A stretch of 64,000 nt of DNA from a phage. Shown here one piece after another: positions 20,834 through 29,307 of the stretch. Numbering within the stretch: position 1 is the first letter of the stretch; each line of letters starts with the position of its first letter. The stretch lies in sequence record PX969468.1; one strand, written 5' to 3'. The notes below the pieces were generated by a model that saw only the letters and a list, made by a program, of their open reading frames with translations, was not told the DNA's origin and ran no database searches. Position numbers and translations under genes: made by a program.

Positions 20834-21279
20834 AACAGGTATAGCTCCTTATGAAAGTAGTCTTTTAATTTCTCACTGAGAAACTTCTTGATACCTTCCT
20901 CTAAAGTGTTTTCGATGTAGTCCAGCTTAACTGCTTCGATGGACATATCATAGATCGCCAGCTCTAAGCTGTCAAGTCCCATCATAGCATGAACCATAAG
21001 ATTTTCATCTTCAGATACATTCAGGGGACTTCCTATAACATCTGTAGGGAGGATAGTTTCCCAATTATTCTGGGGGGTAGTTCTCCCGCCATCCACTTTA
21101 CGGCGCAGTTCGAAGGTGTTCTTAGTGTAGAACACTTCATAAGAAACGATACGACTATCGCTCTCATAATAAACGAAGTTCAGGTAGGAGCCTAGCCGCA
21201 GTCGGCAAACTTCTACCCCAAACCATTGTTTCTTATAAGAATTCAGGCTAATGCTGTCGCATTCACGTTTGCTCAACAC
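20830..21279 (-). CDS. Hypothetical protein (149 aa)
   Basis: ORF overlapping neighbour by 4 nt. Confidence 0.5.
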   Translation of the reverse strand: MLSKRECDSISLNSYKKQWFGVEVCRLRLGSYLNFVYYESDSRIVSYEVFYTKNTFELRRKVDGGRTTPQNNWETILPTDVIGSPLNVSEDENLMVHAMMGLDSLELAIYDMSIEAVKLDYIENTLEEGIKKFLSEKLKDYFHKELYLL

Positions 21280-21294
21280 GGCTCTCTCCTTTTG

Positions 21295-21528
21295 TTAATC
21301 TTCGTAAATCAGGATTTCTGCTTTAGGTTTTCGTGCTTTCAGGTCCAGCTCTATCCAGTGCACCATAGCTGTTTCAAGAAAAACAGCTTGGATGCATCCG
21401 TCCTCAGCGTGCCCCACCAACATAACAAGATCTTCACCTTCGTCATCTGCATCACGAACATACAGAATCTCTCCAGATTCAAAGTCTTTCACAACCTGAT
21501 TGCTGGATAATTTACGAATTTTTGCCAT
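21295..21528 (-). CDS. Hypothetical protein (77 aa)
   Basis: ORF. Confidence 0.45.
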   Translation of the reverse strand: MAKIRKLSSNQVVKDFESGEILYVRDADDEGEDLVMLVGHAEDGCIQAVFLETAMVHWIELDLKARKPKAEILIYED

Positions 21529-21529
21529 A

Positions 21530-21793
21530 TCAGAAACCCTCTAAAAAGCTCTTGTAGAAAATAATTTCAGTGTCCACACCTGTCACGATCTTATCGTTTC
21601 GGATCTCATCTGTGAGGTAGGTGTCAAAACGCAGAACCTGTGTGGTGTTGTCACACATCCACTCAGCTGTGACCATTGCGAAAATCTTAGCATCTTCATT
21701 ATCTGGTGTGAATGTTACCACCTCACCGCACTTAAACTTTTCGATAGGTTGAGTGTTGGCTTTCGGTTCTGCGATAGTGATTTTTGTGGTCAT
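21530..21793 (-). CDS. Hypothetical protein (87 aa)
   Basis: ORF. Confidence 0.45.
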   Translation of the reverse strand: MTTKITIAEPKANTQPIEKFKCGEVVTFTPDNEDAKIFAMVTAEWMCDNTTQVLRFDTYLTDEIRNDKIVTGVDTEIIFYKSFLEGF

Positions 21794-22059
21794 TACTCTT
21801 CCTCCATAGTTTCACCAAATACTTCGATACGAGCATCGAGCTCGGTTGCTTTCAGCTCCCCAACAAAATCTTTTAGTTCTTTCTCGTCCAGATCGTAAGC
21901 CCACACACAAGAAGAACATGCAGATTTCACAATCAGCAGCGTAGATATACGGCCTGACTCCGTGATCATGCTCACAATGGTTCCTACAGGGAACGTGTTG
22001 ATAGCTTTTTTAACTGGGCGTTCAGCTTTGATTACTACCTCTGTTGCCATAAATAACAT
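21793..22059 (-). CDS. Hypothetical protein (88 aa)
   Basis: ORF. Confidence 0.45.
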   Translation of the reverse strand: MLFMATEVVIKAERPVKKAINTFPVGTIVSMITESGRISTLLIVKSACSSCVWAYDLDEKELKDFVGELKATELDARIEVFGETMEEE

Positions 22060-22065
22060 CCTCTC

Positions 22066-23559
22066 TTACTTAGCGTACTCGATTAATTCCACAGTTTTCC
22101 CAAAGCTCGGAATATAATTTTTATTATACCCTTCGGTGAGAACCCATAGAGTATCGTACTTTTTCCACTTGTTGTCAACAGCCTTTTGTTCAAAGTTATG
22201 CTCAAAGTATAGGTCGGTCAGGACGATGACATCTTTTGCATTCGGTATGTTAGCATCCAGATACTCGAACACGCAAGCAGCTGTTGTGCCCCATGTTGAG
22301 TGGACCTCATAGTTGATCATCTCGTCTATGTTGCCGCGAGTGTATACTTTAACCTCTCCAACCTCAGTTGACCAACAGAACATTGTAACCTTAAACTCTT
22401 TATACAGATTGCACAATCCTGTGATTTCATTGAACATTTTCTTTAAAGTTCTTTGAGAGATCGAGCCAGAAACGTCCAAAGCCACCACAATATCTATAGT
22501 GTTTTCCGGATTACGACCAGGAACAATAACGTGTTGGTTCTTGTTTATAGCTCCGACTTTTCGCATTGTGCTGGTCAAAGACCCAGATCGGCGACCAGGT
22601 TTTCTGTAGGTCAGTTCGGCCTTTCTTTTAGACAACATACGCTGCTTGATGATGTCTATATAATTGATTACAGGCTTACCTCTATTCTTGACAAACTCAC
22701 GAACCGCCTCAGGGCAACGACCTCCGGAAGCTTGCATTGCTGCCTCAAGCATGTCACCAGAGTCCTGCATGGCCTGATCTTTATCAGATTGGCTGATTAC
22801 AGGTTGTGGCTGATCATACCCCATCGCCTTTCCAAGATCATCACTAGTGCCACCGTTACCACTCATGTGATCGTCGGTTTGTCGTTTATCTCCTTGAGAG
22901 TTCTCGCCTTTACCGTTCTTACTTTTACCGCTATTCTGATCTCTTTGCTTATCAAGAACCGCATAGACGTTCTCAGCAATCCATCCATGGAACCTCATGT
23001 CACAGTAGCAACTAGCTAAGAAGCCAAAAGACTTACCTTTTACAAACGTAGTGCTTTTCCCCTTCGGGAAGAAAACACAAGGGGGCTTGCTAAAGTCAAC
23101 CACAAGACCTGTGTTGATAACATGATCACAGGCAATATTGAACAGCTCCGGCTCAAAACTTTTGCCACGGACCAGATGATCACAGATAATATGCCCCACC
23201 TCATGCGATAGAAGAAATGCCACCTCTTTCACAGATTTTGGGGAATAGAAAACCTCAGCCATCTCAAACTGCTTGTCAGTCAAAGATGCTTTAAGAATGG
23301 TTTTGCGCTCATCCGCCAATCCCATAATGAACTCAGGGCTGTAATAAATGCGTTTATGGTCTGTTGCCATGGTGGAGCACCATGTGTGGTTTTCTACGAA
23401 CTGCAACCCTGACAACAGTGTGCCATAAAACGGCAGTTTTTCAAGAAGATACATACGTGCTGCCTGCAGCATTCGCAAGGCGTCATCTTTTTGTGCGGCA
23501 ATGATTTCTGAACTTCTGCTATCCATTAAAACTCCAGAAGGGGCCTTGGCCCCTGTCAT
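22066..23559 (-). CDS. vWA-domain protein with N-terminal HExxH metallopeptidase-like domain
   Basis: HEVGH motif (LLSHEVGHIICDH) and MIDAS DxSxS (VVALDVSGSIS). Confidence 0.7.
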   Translation of the reverse strand: MTGAKAPSGVLMDSRSSEIIAAQKDDALRMLQAARMYLLEKLPFYGTLLSGLQFVENHTWCSTMATDHKRIYYSPEFIMGLADERKTILKASLTDKQFEMAEVFYSPKSVKEVAFLLSHEVGHIICDHLVRGKSFEPELFNIACDHVINTGLVVDFSKPPCVFFPKGKSTTFVKGKSFGFLASCYCDMRFHGWIAENVYAVLDKQRDQNSGKSKNGKGENSQGDKRQTDDHMSGNGGTSDDLGKAMGYDQPQPVISQSDKDQAMQDSGDMLEAAMQASGGRCPEAVREFVKNRGKPVINYIDIIKQRMLSKRKAELTYRKPGRRSGSLTSTMRKVGAINKNQHVIVPGRNPENTIDIVVALDVSGSISQRTLKKMFNEITGLCNLYKEFKVTMFCWSTEVGEVKVYTRGNIDEMINYEVHSTWGTTAACVFEYLDANIPNAKDVIVLTDLYFEHNFEQKAVDNKWKKYDTLWVLTEGYNKNYIPSFGKTVELIEYAK

Positions 23560-24611
23560 TATTTAACGTGCTTGAAAATACCAGCCAACTCGGTCATTGT
23601 CATGCGGGTGGTCTTCATAAGGTCTGTCATAGCCTTCTCCATAATTGGAGATACTACCATAAAGTTACCTTTGGTGAAACCTTTATTCCAATCGGTCACT
23701 AATAGTGGTTTAAGTCCGGTCCCGAGACGCTCACCAGTTAAAGCACAACATTTTCGAATATACGTGCTCTTAAACTGACTGAATGACAGATCAACTTTCA
23801 TACCTGCATCGTAGAACGTCTGGCAATAGAAAGTGTAAGCTTTGGCAATCTCAACATCGTCAGGCAGTGCAGGAACCTCTTCTGTAAGCTCTTCTTCGGC
23901 CTCTTGAGGCTCTTTTTCCTCTTCGTGATCCTGTTGCATCATTTCTTCAATCTCTTCTGTTACAGGCTCATTTACGATGTCAGAAATGTGCTTGTTGGCT
24001 CCACGATTAGCCATGAAGTTTTTAAAATCCTGCATTGGTGACATATCTTCCTCCCATTCTTCGTCAAAGAGTGCTAGTTTATCCTCTTCCGTTCCATATT
24101 GCAAGATGAAATCTTCAAAAGTGTAATCACCTTTCAATTTCTCCATACGCTCTTCGCTCAGGTGGAGCATCATCTGCTGGACAATTTTTCGATCAGTTTT
24201 GTCTTTAATCAAGACTGCGGTCTTTTTATCTACCAGACAGTCCTTTAGAGAGTTGCATCTCAATCCCACCACACAACAATTATCAACAGCATAAGGACCT
24301 TCATCATCTATCCGCTCTAGGGAGGGGTAGAAAGGATTTCCCAGTCCGTTTTCATCTGTGTGCATGTCGAAAGGTATAAGGGTATAGTCGCACACCCCCT
24401 CTCCTAAAAGTTTTTTACCAAATAGGAGGTATTCTTCCCATGACAGGTTGAACTCTATATCTCGTTTCCGTGCATTATTTTGTTTGCGTCTGTATTTTTT
24501 GAGCAAGCGCTCTAACTCTTCTGGTGTATAATATTTTTCAAGATTCATGAGTTGTCTCTCGTGCTCTGTAAGTGAAGAAATCTTATCAATTGTCTCAACA
24601 GATGTCAACAT
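23559..24611 (-). CDS. HNH endonuclease-like protein (possibly degenerate), acidic central linker
   Basis: ARKRDIEFNLSWEEY and KVDLSFSQF repeats, IRKCCALTG..DWNKGFTKGNF resembles HNH_3 core but lacks terminal Cys pair. Confidence 0.4.
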   Translation of the reverse strand: MLTSVETIDKISSLTEHERQLMNLEKYYTPEELERLLKKYRRKQNNARKRDIEFNLSWEEYLLFGKKLLGEGVCDYTLIPFDMHTDENGLGNPFYPSLERIDDEGPYAVDNCCVVGLRCNSLKDCLVDKKTAVLIKDKTDRKIVQQMMLHLSEERMEKLKGDYTFEDFILQYGTEEDKLALFDEEWEEDMSPMQDFKNFMANRGANKHISDIVNEPVTEEIEEMMQQDHEEEKEPQEAEEELTEEVPALPDDVEIAKAYTFYCQTFYDAGMKVDLSFSQFKSTYIRKCCALTGERLGTGLKPLLVTDWNKGFTKGNFMVVSPIMEKAMTDLMKTTRMTMTELAGIFKHVK

Positions 24612-24621
24612 CAAAAACGTG

Positions 24622-24650
24622 TTGACTTTACTCTAAATCTCCGATATAGT
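24622..24650 (+). promoter_or_regulatory. sigma70-like promoter for + strand module, in divergent intergenic region
   Basis: TTGACT, 17-nt spacer, TATAGT. Confidence 0.65.
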
Positions 24651-24690
24651 GCACCCATTCGAAAGAAAACTAACATAGGAGCACTCACTC

Positions 24691-25590
24691 ATGGCAAATC
24701 TTAACAGTTTTAGTACGCGGTGGAAACAGGACATAACAACCAATCTTTCAGCTGGGGACATCCTTTCTGCAATTTACGAGGCTTTAGATGATAAAGCTAC
24801 TTCAAAAGCGGTTTGTACCAACCCACTAATTCCTATAGTGATGAAGGTGATTGAGCGTAGATTGGTATCGGGGTCTGATAAGTGGACATATTTAGATAAT
24901 GAAGGACACACCTATTCCAACGGGTATGTCGATATAAAAGTAGAATACGCGGTATCATACCGCCGGAGCGGTTCTGTGACTTTCAACTTTTCTGGAGGTT
25001 TTCGATCTCTGGCAACTTCACCTTTTGTTTCCTCAGAAGAGAAGTTTGAACTTCCGTTCCTTTGGATGATGGCTAACGCGACAGGAAAAACCCCCGTGAG
25101 CATTCGCGTAAAATACAACTACAACGGGTCCAGTAAGATCTATGCCGAGAGTATCTCAGCAAGTTTTTATTTTGTGATGGGGGATGGAATCCTCAAGCAC
25201 ATAAAGATGTGCGATATGCATGATGTTATAAATGAAGTGACTGATAAGAATGTTTTAGTGAAGGACCTCAACAATTTCTATACACCTGGGGACTATTACG
25301 TCAACCGCCCACTGTGCATCTTTAATGCCGCACACCCTTTAGGTGAATACCTGATCGTTAATAGTGACATTGCTAACAACATTTTTGAACTGGCAAGAGT
25401 ACAAAATGAGGTATTGACATCCTGCAAAAGTGGTGATAAATTTACTGATGAAGAGATGGGTGTTTTAGAAATGATGGGGTATAAATGCAGTCTTTGGGTA
25501 GATGAGGTGTTTAATGACTACATCTACGGACAGGATATTTACCCGTTAAAGAAGTATACTGATACAAGTTTAATTTATGCGGGGATTTGA
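24691..25590 (+). CDS. Hypothetical protein (299 aa), first gene of + strand module
   Basis: ORF with RBS AGGAG. Confidence 0.55.
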   Translation: MANLNSFSTRWKQDITTNLSAGDILSAIYEALDDKATSKAVCTNPLIPIVMKVIERRLVSGSDKWTYLDNEGHTYSNGYVDIKVEYAVSYRRSGSVTFNFSGGFRSLATSPFVSSEEKFELPFLWMMANATGKTPVSIRVKYNYNGSSKIYAESISASFYFVMGDGILKHIKMCDMHDVINEVTDKNVLVKDLNNFYTPGDYYVNRPLCIFNAAHPLGEYLIVNSDIANNIFELARVQNEVLTSCKSGDKFTDEEMGVLEMMGYKCSLWVDEVFNDYIYGQDIYPLKKYTDTSLIYAGI

Positions 25591-25865
25591 CTATGATGAA
25601 GGCATGTGGTAATGTATATTACGTCGGTGAGCATGTTCAGGCAGACAGTGTGTGGAAATCTATTAAGTCCACCACTGACGATGCCTTTCTGAGTGGACTA
25701 TGTTTCCCCAATCCGGGAGACATCCTCCCTCACCCTGGAGATTTTGTTATCAACAAGATGGACGGTTATACCGTGTGCCTGATGGTTGAGAAAATCTTTT
25801 TAGACACTAGGCACAATCACCGTCTTGTGTTAAAATTTCAAGAATGTAAAATGACAATTGCCTAA
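25587..25865 (+). CDS. Hypothetical protein (92 aa)
   Basis: ORF overlapping upstream stop. Confidence 0.4.
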   Translation: MTMMKACGNVYYVGEHVQADSVWKSIKSTTDDAFLSGLCFPNPGDILPHPGDFVINKMDGYTVCLMVEKIFLDTRHNHRLVLKFQECKMTIA

Positions 25866-25878
25866 GGAGGCCTTACCT

Positions 25879-26235
25879 ATGTCTAAAGTTACTTATCGTG
25901 CAGCTATTTACTGCAATGAACACCCAATCAATAATGATGGTCACTGCCTTTTTAAAGAAAATCAGTTGGGCTGTATTGTCCTACCTGATGAAGGGGAAGG
26001 TTATCTGATTGCATTGACAGGGTTTGAGCCTGAAGCTCTGGAAGCCAATCTGGACTACCTGGTAGAAGAGGGTGCTGCAGACCTGGTTGCTAATGGCCTC
26101 TCCGTAAGCCTTGACGAAGTGGAGCGCTTCATGGGCAATTACCGTGTAGTGCGGGAGTTTACTATCGATGTGGAAACTCCAGAGTGGGGTAGCACTGAAA
26201 CTAATGCCGAAGAAAAAGAAGAGGAGGTAGAATAA
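25879..26235 (+). CDS. Hypothetical protein (118 aa), acidic C-terminus
   Basis: ATG 8 nt after AAGGAGG; track start 25858 is an in-frame TTG. Confidence 0.45.
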   Translation: MSKVTYRAAIYCNEHPINNDGHCLFKENQLGCIVLPDEGEGYLIALTGFEPEALEANLDYLVEEGAADLVANGLSVSLDEVERFMGNYRVVREFTIDVETPEWGSTETNAEEKEEEVE

Positions 26236-26492
26236 TGAAAGTACAGATCTTGACTAATGCCGAGAAGATGTTTATTGAAGATACACCTTTTGAAGCTGGT
26301 GAGCTACAGTTTGTTTATTTTGTTGACTTAGATAAGGTGTTTCCTGCACTGAATCTGGGTCTGGATGAAGTTCCTCATAAGGTTTTGTGCCAAGTTGTTC
26401 GTGCCTTAGCGGCAGAGGGGGAGTTCCGCACCCTTCAAGATGTCCAGACCTACGGGTATCTTGAACTACAACGAGAAGAAGAGGTGGACTGA
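26235..26492 (+). CDS. Hypothetical protein (85 aa)
   Basis: ORF, ATGA overlap with upstream gene. Confidence 0.45.
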   Translation: MKVQILTNAEKMFIEDTPFEAGELQFVYFVDLDKVFPALNLGLDEVPHKVLCQVVRALAAEGEFRTLQDVQTYGYLELQREEEVD

Positions 26493-26494
26493 TA

Positions 26495-26875
26495 ATGGCA
26501 CGGTGGAAGACAACAGTTGACCTTCATGATCAGTGGTTAGGACGCATCACTGAAGACGGGAAACTAGTGGAGTGGGACAATAAGCATGTTAGCGAGTTGG
26601 CAAGCATTGTGGCTGGCAAGTTACGCTCCAAGTTCCCTGAACAACTGGATCCTGATAATTCAAAGTTCGATCCTGAGTTGGAGGATGTTGTATACTACTT
26701 CGATACCGTGGATGACTACGATGCGTGGTTTGCAGCACGAGAGCTTTACCCACAAGGCTCTGCTATGCGCCAGATGGAAGAAGATTATCCTCCGTGCGAG
26801 CAATTTAATAGCGCAATGACTTGCCTCTACGATTGGGCAGATAAGAACCTTGTCTGGATTCGGACTGCATTCTAG
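26495..26875 (+). CDS. Hypothetical protein (126 aa)
   Basis: ORF. Confidence 0.45.
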   Translation: MARWKTTVDLHDQWLGRITEDGKLVEWDNKHVSELASIVAGKLRSKFPEQLDPDNSKFDPELEDVVYYFDTVDDYDAWFAARELYPQGSAMRQMEEDYPPCEQFNSAMTCLYDWADKNLVWIRTAF

Positions 26876-26881
26876 CAGGTA

Positions 26882-27184
26882 GTGGCAAGGATGCCACTTA
26901 AAAGAGTAATAAACATGTTATACCAGAAACACGAACTTTGTGCAGAAAAAGAGTTAAATTTTGACAAAGTTATCCACAGATATTGTTATGGAAAAACCGG
27001 AAGACAACTAAGAAGATGCACTCCAGCATTCTTTCACCCCAGCAGGCGGCTAAGTCCTGAAGAGGCGACAGCAGAAAGGGTTGCATACAACTGGGAAGTT
27101 GTGTACGATATTGACAGATCCGATGTGACATCTGTTTTGGAAAACTTTGAAAACACTTACACACAAGTAGAGGATTTTTACTAA
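26882..27184 (+). CDS. Hypothetical protein (about 100 aa), start uncertain
   Basis: ORF; weak RBS. Confidence 0.4.
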   Translation: MARMPLKRVINMLYQKHELCAEKELNFDKVIHRYCYGKTGRQLRRCTPAFFHPSRRLSPEEATAERVAYNWEVVYDIDRSDVTSVLENFENTYTQVEDFY

Positions 27185-28368
27185 TGTCAAGAAACGTATT
27201 TGAAAGTGGTCAAATCACTGTCCGTGAGTTGCCAGCTATCATTCAGTTTGCCCAGCGTCATAACCGATCTGTCCTGATTTTAGGACCAATGGGTGTGGGA
27301 AAGAGTCAGGTGATGAAGCAGATCGCTGATAATATGTTCGGTGAGCGAGATGACAACCTGGTTGACGTGCGGCTGTCAGATAAAGATCCTGCCGACTTAT
27401 CTGGGCTACCTATCCCTGTAGAAGCTGATGGAACTACACGTACAGTGTTTGCAATTCCAGAATTTTGGCCTGCAGATCCGAACTGGAGCGGAATTATCTT
27501 TCTGGATGAGCTTACTCATGCAGATAACTATCTGCAAAAGGTTGCAATGCAGATTATGCTCGACCACAAGTGCGGCACCTATGCATTCCCTAAAGGCTCT
27601 GTTTTTGTGGCTGCGGGTAACCGTTCTACAGATGGTGCTGTTCTTTCGGCGCTCGAAGCTCCTCTGGCTAACCGCTTTATCATTGTAGAGGTTACAAGCA
27701 ATGCAGAGGTGTTTATTGAGGACTACGCATTCCTCAACGGGGTTCACTCCTCTGTAATTGGGTATCTGAAAAGAGTTCCATCAGCTATTGATAATTATGA
27801 GGCTATGGCTGAGATTAATTGTCCATCTTTTGCCACACCACGATCTTGGGTTGCTGCATCTGACATCTTGCACGATTTTGACAGCGGTATTATTTCTGAC
27901 GCTATGGCCCGTGTTCTTCTGCAAGGTGCTATTGGTCACACTGCAGCGGTAGAGATCTGGACCTACCACACCAAGAAACGCAACTTACCGGAAATCGGTC
28001 GGATTATGGCAGGGGGTTGCAAAGAATACGTAGGTCCTAAACAGCCAGACATCTTGTGGATTCTTGGATCTGAAGGTTGTATCGCTATTCGTAATATGAT
28101 GGAAAATGCAAGTATCTCCGACGAAGATCTTGTTAGCTGTGTGGCAAACTTCCTCGATTTCCTTTGGGAAAACTTCAAGGACGAGAACCGAGATTTTGTA
28201 TTCTCAGTCTTTATGGCGATGATGAAACCTAATGCCTTAGGAAATGCCTTGCTTATCGGTAAAGGTCGTGACAAGATTGTTGCTCAGCTGATCAAAGCAT
28301 ACCCAAACCTGATGAAGATTGTAAAAGAGTTTGGTGAAGAGTTTAGCGCCATTTTGGCTAAAGCTTAA
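27184..28368 (+). CDS. MoxR-like AAA+ ATPase
   Basis: Walker A LILGPMGVGKS, Walker B IIFLDELTHA. Confidence 0.75.
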   Translation: MSRNVFESGQITVRELPAIIQFAQRHNRSVLILGPMGVGKSQVMKQIADNMFGERDDNLVDVRLSDKDPADLSGLPIPVEADGTTRTVFAIPEFWPADPNWSGIIFLDELTHADNYLQKVAMQIMLDHKCGTYAFPKGSVFVAAGNRSTDGAVLSALEAPLANRFIIVEVTSNAEVFIEDYAFLNGVHSSVIGYLKRVPSAIDNYEAMAEINCPSFATPRSWVAASDILHDFDSGIISDAMARVLLQGAIGHTAAVEIWTYHTKKRNLPEIGRIMAGGCKEYVGPKQPDILWILGSEGCIAIRNMMENASISDEDLVSCVANFLDFLWENFKDENRDFVFSVFMAMMKPNALGNALLIGKGRDKIVAQLIKAYPNLMKIVKEFGEEFSAILAKA

Positions 28369-28377
28369 GGAGGTTGT

Positions 28378-28758
28378 ATGGCTAAAGTAGGTAAGCGGGG
28401 AAACTACCTGGTGGTATTGACCGAGGAGCCGGAGAAGGAGTACGAATGCAGCTCCACTTGCGTGATCGATATCCGAGAAAAAGATGTAGATGAAATCTGG
28501 TTTAAAATATTGGACGCTTGCGATAGCAGTGATTATTTCTTCATCTATGTCAACGATAAGGCTGGGTTCTTCCATGACGACGGAGAGTTGCCGTATGAAA
28601 TCTATGAACTTGTAGAGGCTTGCCATCGTGGAGATGCGGAGTTGTTTGGCCTACGGCTGAAAAGCGGTAAATTCTTCTATCAAGATGAGTGCATGAATCT
28701 TCATAACTTTGTAGAGGGAACTTGCAACGATGGAGAGATTTTGGCACACTACGATTAA
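28378..28758 (+). CDS. Hypothetical protein (126 aa)
   Basis: ORF with RBS AAGGAGG. Confidence 0.45.
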   Translation: MAKVGKRGNYLVVLTEEPEKEYECSSTCVIDIREKDVDEIWFKILDACDSSDYFFIYVNDKAGFFHDDGELPYEIYELVEACHRGDAELFGLRLKSGKFFYQDECMNLHNFVEGTCNDGEILAHYD

Positions 28759-28769
28759 TTTCTAATACC

Positions 28770-28797
28770 ACCCCGCTTCGGCGGGGATTTTCTATTT
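28770..28797 (+). terminator. Intrinsic terminator (same stem as 2633-2660)
   Basis: CCCCGC-TTCG-GCGGGG followed by ATTTTCTATTT. Confidence 0.7.
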
Positions 28798-28806
28798 GGA
28801 GTTATT

Positions 28807-29307
28807 GTGAAAATTAAGATCTTTGCTATTATTTTGAGCGCATTTTTATCGCTGCCTGTTGTTGCAGCACCAAAACAAAAAGTATATCATACTTGCAAGC
28901 CCTCAGATACTAAGGAAAACATTTTGGCATGTAATATCTACAGGGAAGCTAGAGGGGATGGCACGATGGGTATGCTGGCATCTGGGTTTGCCACATTAAA
29001 CAGGAAATCTCACCCTAAATACCCAGACACTATAAGAAAGATTGTCTACCAACCTAACCAGTTTTCGTGGACAAACCACGGCAAAACTTTTAAGGTGACA
29101 GAAAAAGATTCATGGGATCACGCTAAAAGTCTTGCAAAGATGCTTCTAAAGGTCTATAATAACAACCATGTTGCATACATGGCTATGGACATAACAGGTG
29201 GAGCAACACACTACCATACAACCAAAGTACTACCGAAATGGGCAAAAAAGATGCAGAGGACAGCTCAATTCGGGAGCCATATCTACTACAAGGAGCGCAA
29301 TAAATGA
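28807..29307 (+). CDS. Secreted cell-wall hydrolase, SleB/CwlJ-like
   Basis: N-terminal signal peptide (MKIKIFAIILSAFLSLPVVAAP); NIYREARGDG..ATLNR resembles EARGE motif of the family. Confidence 0.6.
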   Translation: MKIKIFAIILSAFLSLPVVAAPKQKVYHTCKPSDTKENILACNIYREARGDGTMGMLASGFATLNRKSHPKYPDTIRKIVYQPNQFSWTNHGKTFKVTEKDSWDHAKSLAKMLLKVYNNNHVAYMAMDITGGATHYHTTKVLPKWAKKMQRTAQFGSHIYYKERNK

